A stretch of DNA of 4,057 nucleotides from a virus (taxonomy: Duplodnaviria; Heunggongvirae; Uroviricota; Caudoviricetes). A program made the translations under genes and the position numbers. This document shows positions 1 through 4,057 of the stretch, one piece after another; position 1 is the stretch's first letter, and every line of letters starts with the position of its first letter. Location: IMG/VR virus record IMGVR_UViG_2693429733_000020, positions 1-4,057 of that record. One strand, 5' to 3'. The notes beneath the pieces were generated by a model. It made no database searches and was not told the origin of the DNA. It saw only the letters and a program-made list of their open reading frames with translations.

Positions 1-262
1 AAATAAATAACGCGTCGCCGGAAGCCACGTCATAAACCGTTTTACCCCGATGATCTTCAACGAGATGCCACGATGACTCATCACTGTTGAAAACAGCCAC
101 GAAACCAGCCGGAATATCTGGCGGTGCAATATCGGTACTGTTTGCAGGCAGACCTGTATGAGGCGGAATATATGCGTCACCTTCACCAATAAATTCATTA
201 GTTCCGGCCAGCAGGTTATAAATTTTTATGGTCCGTGCTTGTTCACTCATTCTGAATGCCAT
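1..262 (-). CDS. tfa: tail fibre assembly protein (Tfa), N-terminal 87 codons; gene continues beyond the window start
   Basis: Reverse-complement translation from ATG at 262..260 gives [87 protein letters not shown]..., which matches the lambda Tfa N-terminus as I recall it almost residue for residue. GAGG Shine-Dalgarno 8 nt upstream. Start overlaps the stf stop (TAATG). Open to the window edge. Confidence 0.9.
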   Translation of the reverse strand, partial: MAFRMSEQARTIKIYNLLAGTNEFIGEGDAYIPPHTGLPANSTDIAPPDIPAGFVAVFNSDESSWHLVEDHRGKTVYDVASGDALFI

Positions 263-3200
263 TATGCGAGCCTCACAATATAGTTAAATGCGATGTTTTT
301 GACGGTGTTTTCCGCGTTACCAGCAGCGTTAACGGTGATGGTGTGTCCATGTGAACCAATCGCAACAGAGTGCGTATGAGCACCAATACCGACAGTATGC
401 GCGTGTGCACCCGCAGATGCTGCTGTGCCGGACAGTGAGTGTGTATGGTTTCCTTCTGAAGATGATTTACCTACCCATTGGGAGGTGCCACTGGTTAATG
501 AGCCACTGATACCAACCTGATTAGTCCCGCTAACTTGAGTACTCCCTGCCGGAAACATTCCAGTAGGTTGACTCCCGCTATTCGTTCTGGGCCCAGTCTG
601 ACTATGTTGGTGGGCCCCAGCTGAACTTGTAGAGCCGCTCAGACTGTGCGTATGCGCCCCGGTGTTATTCGTGGATTTAGTGCCGTAATCAAACGACGAT
701 GTGGTTTTCGTCCCCAAATCCGTACTGGATGCGCTGGCGCTGTGGGTGTGCGATTTAATGCCATCCTGTTCCTGAGACAATACGGCACGACCACTGGCGG
801 GCTTGCCCTTAATCGTCCAGCCACGCATATCAGGGATCACGCCTGACGGATAAGCGGCTGCAAGTTTCGGGTAAGCAGATTTGTCAAAAGTCTGCCCCTG
901 CATCAGGGCATAACCAGACGGAACGGTATCTGATGGCCACGGGATTGGTGCACCGACTGGATAAAACTCTGCAGGAGGATGAGCCGAGGTGTAAAGCTGC
1001 GCCCACGGCGACCAGTTTGCGTCGGTCGTATCCCGTCGTGAACGAATAAATGCCGGAGCATGAGCACCGCTTGTACCACTCCAGCCGATGAGTAACTCAC
1101 CTTCGCCAACGGCTGTCATCCCTTTCAGGTGAATGATATTTCCATACGCTGTTGGATATCCGTTGTTATACACCTCGTATAACTCAAGACCTGCTGCCCC
1201 CTGCGTATTGTCTGTCAGCGCGGCTACCCGACCTTTTGAAGCCAGATTAACTGATGATACTGCTGTTCCACCTGACGGTAGCGCCCCGATCTCTGATGCC
1301 GTTGGCTTATTTCTGGAGTTATAGTCCCTTCGCCAGCCAGGTGAATAATCTGTTCCGTGATTAATATAGGTAAACTGGGCGTTGGTTGTTCCGCCACCGC
1401 TGGATGTGGTCGGAGTGGTAATGCGGATCGTCATCGCTGACTTTATCCCCATTACTTCAATGACAGCTCCGGCGAGATGAATATTACCGCAGCCAGTATC
1501 AGTAATGATTTTATTATTGCCATAAGACCAGGAACCCTTGCACATCCAGTATGGATGGTTAAATGCTCCCTGAGAATCCAGCCACTCGATAAACTGTGCA
1601 GTCGTCCAGTTTCCTGTTGTTGTGCTTACTGACCCACCGAAGGCACGGCAGGCACCAATATTTTTCGTAAAGGTGTCTTTGCCAGGGATATCCGCACCGT
1701 TCTGATCTTTCTGCAGACGTTTCTCAGCATTGTCATTGGCTGCTTTTACTGCCTTTGGCGTTGCCGCCAGCGTTTCAGACGTGCTGTTGGTCGCGCTGCT
1801 TAGCTGGATTATCCCTTTCTGTGCTGTCGTTGCATCCTGTGCGGTGTATTTCCCGTTAGCCAGGTCATACGCGGCCTTAACGGCTTTTGGTGTTGCCGCC
1901 AGTGACTCGGAAGTGCTGTTAGTCGCACTACTGAGCTGTACTATCCCCTTTTTCGTCGTGCTCGCATCCTCAAGCGCCACGGCGGATGCAATATCCTCTG
2001 CCCGTTTTGCCGCTGTCTCAGCGCGCGTTGCTGCAGATTCCGCCGTACTTTTGCTCTGAGCTGCTGCCGTCGCACTACCAGCAGCCTCTGTCGCCTTCGT
2101 GGATGCCGTCGTGGCGCTGCCCNNNNNNNNNNNNNNNNNNNNNNNNNNNNNNNNTCGCTGCTGACGCCTGTCTGGTCGCCTCATCTTTTGAAGCAGACGC
2201 CGATGATGCCGATGACGCCGCCGAACTGGCGGACGATGCGGCAGCCGTTTTTGAGGATTCTGCGCTGGTTTCCGACGCTTTCGCGTTCGTTTCGGATGTC
2301 TTCGCTGCGGAAGCAGACCTCGCTGCTGCGCTGGCCTGTTCAGTGGCTTCGCCAGCCTTCGTTGTGGCTGTTGAAGCGGATGATGCGGCGCTTTCTGCCG
2401 ATTTTCCGGCGGCGGTGGCACTGACTGCTGCCTCCTCTGCCTTAATGGACGCCTCACGGGCCGATGATGCAGCTGCTGTCTCAGAGTCTGCCGCAGCTGA
2501 GGCGCTCTGTTCCGCTGCCGTTTCAGAAGACTTAGCATTCGTCTCGGACGTTTTTGCCGCCTTCACGGAATTTCCTGCCGCCGTTGCCGAGGAGGCTGCA
2601 CTGCTGGCGCTTGTGGAGGCGTTCGTTTCTGATGATTTTGCCGCCTCTTTGGAGGCCGCCGCATCTCTGGCTGAAGTGGCGGCTTCTGACGCTTTCGTCG
2701 TCGCAGTGGATGCAGAAGTGGCTGCTGATTTTTGTGACGCTGCAGCATTCGTTTCTGACGTTTTCGCCGCACCGGCACTGGTGGCCGCCGCGCTTTTTGA
2801 GGACTCTGCAGCGGCAGCACTTTTTTCCGCNTGTTGAAGCGGATGATGCGGCGCTTTCTGCCGATTTTCCGGCGGCGGTGGCACTGGCTGAGGCCTGCCC
2901 GGCACTTGTTGACGCGGCGCTGGCAGACGACGCAGCCGCTGTTTTTGAGCCTGCCGCAGCTGAGGCACTCTGTCCCGCTGCCGTTTCAGAAGACCTGGCG
3001 TTCGTCTCGGACGTTTTGGCCGCCTTCGCAGAATTTGCAGCCGCCGTCGCCGAGGAAGCTGCGCTACTGGCGCTTGATGATGCGTTCGTTTCTGATGATT
3101 TTGCCGCCTCTTTTGAAGCCGACGCATCCCGGGCTGAGGTGGCAGCTTCTGACGCTTTCGTGGTCGCGGTGGATGCAGAAGTGGCTGCTGATTGTTGTGA

Positions 3201-3987
3201 CGCTGCCGCATTCGTTTCTAACGTTTTCGCCGCACCGGCACTGGTAGCCGCCGCGCTTTTTGAGGACTCTGCAGCGGCAGCACTTTTTGAGGCTTCAGTG
3301 GCCTTTGTTGATGCCGTTCCTGCGCTGGAAGACGCTGACTGAGCCGACGAAGCGGCCTGTCCGGCTGACGTGCTGGCTGCACGTGCTGAATCTGCAGCAT
3401 CAGTCGCATGGGTTGCCGCCTCACGGGCTGATGTGCTGGCATCGCTGGCTGATTTCTTCGCGGCTGCCGTGTTCTGTGCCACCGCGGACGCGTTANNNNG
3501 CGGCCTGTCCGGCTGACGTGCTGGCTGCACGCGCTGAGCCTGCAGCATCAGTCGCATGGGTTGCCGCCTCACGGGCAGATGTGCCGGCATCACTGGCTGA
3601 CTTCTTCGCGGCTGCCGTGTTCTGTGCCACCGCGGACGCGTTACGCGCCACCTCTTCCACCATCAGCTCAAAACGGCGCAGTGCCTCCGGACGGGCATCA
3701 TCCTCCGTCATGGCACCGAGAAAATCATTCAGCGTACCGGGTCGGGAATCTTCATACACGGTGATGGTCCCGGCATGTGACGGCGGGAATCCTTCCACCA
3801 ACAGAATAACGCTGTACTGACCGTACTCAACGTCCATGCTGTAACGCCCGGCTTCATCCGGATTTTCTGAGGCCAGCGTGTTCACCACCACCGTGGTGCT
3901 GTTACGTTTTGCTTTCAGCTGGATTGTGCAGTTCTGTACCGGTTTTCCTGTGCCGTCTTTCAGTACACCTGAAATCTTTACTGCCAT
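262..3987 (-). CDS. stf: side tail fibre protein (Stf), lambda-like and mosaic; reading frame as given is broken at three N-runs
   Basis: ATG at 3987..3985 (the track's GTG at 3993 is 2 codons upstream) opens [36 protein letters not shown]..., the recognisable lambda Stf N-terminus. Four collinear in-frame segments on the minus strand: 3500..3987, 2832..3495, 2155..2830 and 262..2122, separated only by N-runs. The protein ends ...[31 protein letters not shown], then TAA at 262..264, which is lambda-Stf-like. Start and stop are in the same frame overall. Segments 2 and 3 read as continuous Ala/Ser/Thr-rich Stf repeat sequence. Confidence 0.9.
271..274 (-). promoter_or_regulatory. putative ribosome-binding site for tfa, inside the 3' end of stf
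   Basis: Minus strand GTGAGGCTCGCATA-ATG: GAGG with 8-nt spacing to the tfa ATG at 262..260. Confidence 0.4.
336..750 (-). other. His-rich repeat region of the Stf C-terminal tip (HTH/HAH/HQH/HGH motifs)
   Basis: Translation contains [57 protein letters not shown]: repeated G-x-H-x-H units of the kind found in lambda Stf and T4 gp37 distal tips. Confidence 0.55.
1732..1968. repeat. in-frame coding repeat, 2 copies with period 132 bp (44 aa), encoding the KGI(V/I)[11 protein letters not shown](S/T)[11 protein letters not shown] motif
   Basis: Minus-strand translation shows [35 protein letters not shown] and [35 protein letters not shown] at 1864..1968 and 1732..1836; the DNA copies are visibly similar on the plus strand. 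Confidence 0.75.
2123..2154. other. assembly gap or ambiguous bases (32 N)
   Basis: Run of 32 n characters inside the Ala/Ser/Thr-rich part of stf. Confidence 0.99.
2369..3293. repeat. tandem direct repeat, 2 x ~462 bp (2369..2830 and 2832..3293) joined by a single N; offset 463
   Basis: Both copies start tgttgaagcggatgatgcggcgctttctgccgattttccggcggcggtggcactg and end gaggactctgcagcggcagcacttttt. About 45 bp identical, then a ~65-bp divergent block, then roughly 92% identity. Both encode ~154 aa of Ala/Ser/Thr-rich Stf repeat ([24 protein letters not shown]...[11 protein letters not shown]). Confidence 0.8.
2831..2831. other. single ambiguous base (N)
   Basis: One n character, sitting exactly at the junction of two ~462-bp tandem repeat copies. 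Confidence 0.99.
3352..3643. repeat. tandem direct repeat, 2 x 144 bp (3352..3495 and 3500..3643) separated by NNNN; 137/144 identical
   Basis: Direct base-by-base comparison: copies start gcggcctgtccggctgacg and end gacgcgtta, with 7 substitutions. Each encodes [19 protein letters not shown](G/S)[14 protein letters not shown](G/D)[12 protein letters not shown] on the minus strand. Confidence 0.85.
3496..3499. other. assembly gap or ambiguous bases (4 N)
   Basis: Run of n characters, sitting exactly between two 144-bp near-identical direct repeats. Confidence 0.99.
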
Positions 3988-3990
3988 ATT

Positions 3991-3996
3991 CACCCC
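3991..3996 (-). promoter_or_regulatory. putative ribosome-binding site for stf
   Basis: Minus strand TTGTGGGGTGAAT-ATG: G-rich stretch 5 nt upstream of ATG 3987. Weak match to the SD consensus. Confidence 0.3.
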
Positions 3997-3998
3997 AC

Positions 3999-4025
3999 AA
4001 AAAAGCCCGCCTGAACCGGCGGGCT
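3999..4025 (-). terminator. rho-independent terminator between the upstream gene and stf
   Basis: Minus strand reads AGCCCGCC-GGTTCA-GGCGGGCT followed by TTTTT: a perfect 8-bp GC-rich stem (4004..4011 paired with 4018..4025), 6-nt loop and T-tract 3999..4003. The T-tract ends 11 nt before the stf ATG. Confidence 0.65.
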
Positions 4026-4057
4026 GTCATAACACTGTGTTACCTGGCTAATCAGAA

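Noticed and set aside
1-1000. Invertible host-range segment (Mu G / P1 C type) at the stf 3' end and tfa
   Set aside because: tfa lies on the same strand directly after stf with a TAATG overlap, and I see no flanking inverted repeats or alternative oppositely oriented fibre-tip ORF.
1730-2059. Plus-strand ORF 1730..2059 (109 aa), hydrophobic, with an internal repeat
   Set aside because: Antisense to the duplicated [14 protein letters not shown] linker motif of stf; the internal repeat simply mirrors the coding repeat on the other strand.
1986-3342. Long plus-strand ORFs 1986..2837 (283 aa) and 2554..3342 (262 aa), Ala/Asp/Phe-rich
   Set aside because: They are the antisense reading of the stf GCN-rich Ala/Ser/Thr repeat array. 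They are low-complexity, have no recognisable start context, and fully overlap a gene with strong homology support.
2075-3593. Minus-strand ORFs 2075..3211 and 2532..3593 as separate genes, with Arg/Pro/Gln-rich N-terminal extensions (and 2563..2820, 3218..3442)
   Set aside because: The Ala/Ser/Thr-rich portions are in-frame pieces of stf. The R/P/Q-rich extensions are out-of-frame read-through of the same repeats upstream of an N-run, not real protein.
3352-3643. Diversity-generating retroelement (template/variable repeat pair) hypothesis for the 144-bp repeats
   Set aside because: Five of the 7 differences fall at adenines of one copy on the coding strand, which is superficially DGR-like. 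But two differences are not at adenines, four of the five are simple A-to-G transitions, the copies are tandem inside the N-terminal shaft and not at a C-terminal variable region, and no reverse transcriptase is present in the window.
2123-3643. CRISPR array
   Set aside because: The repeats are 132 to 462 bp, protein-coding, in frame and diverged, not short (24 to 48 bp) identical repeats with unique spacers.
2000-3643. Collagen-like or Gly-X-Y triple-helix repeat
   Set aside because: The repeats are Ala/Ser/Thr/Glu/Lys-rich (AAxSxxxA pattern) with no Gly at every third position; this is the usual lambda-Stf-type Ala-rich shaft.
3988-3993. GTG at 3993 as the stf start (track ORF begins MNMAVKISG)
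   Set aside because: The ATG two codons downstream (3987) gives the canonical MAVKISG N-terminus and has better spacing to the G-rich stretch; GTG would place the start almost inside the terminator T-tract.

Overview
The window is almost entirely the tail-fibre locus of a lambdoid (lambda-like, enterobacterial) prophage or phage, encoded on the minus strand. From high to low coordinates: a rho-independent terminator (3999..4025), one long side tail fibre gene stf (ATG 3987 to TAA 262..264), and the first 87 codons of the tail fibre assembly/chaperone gene tfa (262..1), whose ATG overlaps the stf stop in a TAATG junction. The last codon plus stop of an upstream gene may sit at 4052..4057. stf is mosaic: the N-terminal ~115 aa and the C-terminal His-rich tip look lambda-Stf-like, the Ala/Ser/Thr-rich repeat array is greatly expanded, and a ~257-aa Cys-containing central module does not match lambda Stf as I recall it. 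Three N-runs (3496..3499, 2831, 2123..2154) break the stf reading frame, each by the same +1 phase, and two of them sit exactly at junctions of large tandem duplications (144 bp and 462 bp); I cannot tell from sequence alone whether these are unresolved or mis-joined repeats in a draft assembly or genuine in-frame duplications with miscounted gap bases. I find no evidence of a novel multi-gene system (defence island, DGR, invertase switch, CRISPR) in this window; the long plus-strand ORFs are antisense or out-of-frame artefacts of the GC-rich Ala-codon repeats. All homology statements rest on my recollection of lambda Stf/Tfa and related proteins, not on a database search.
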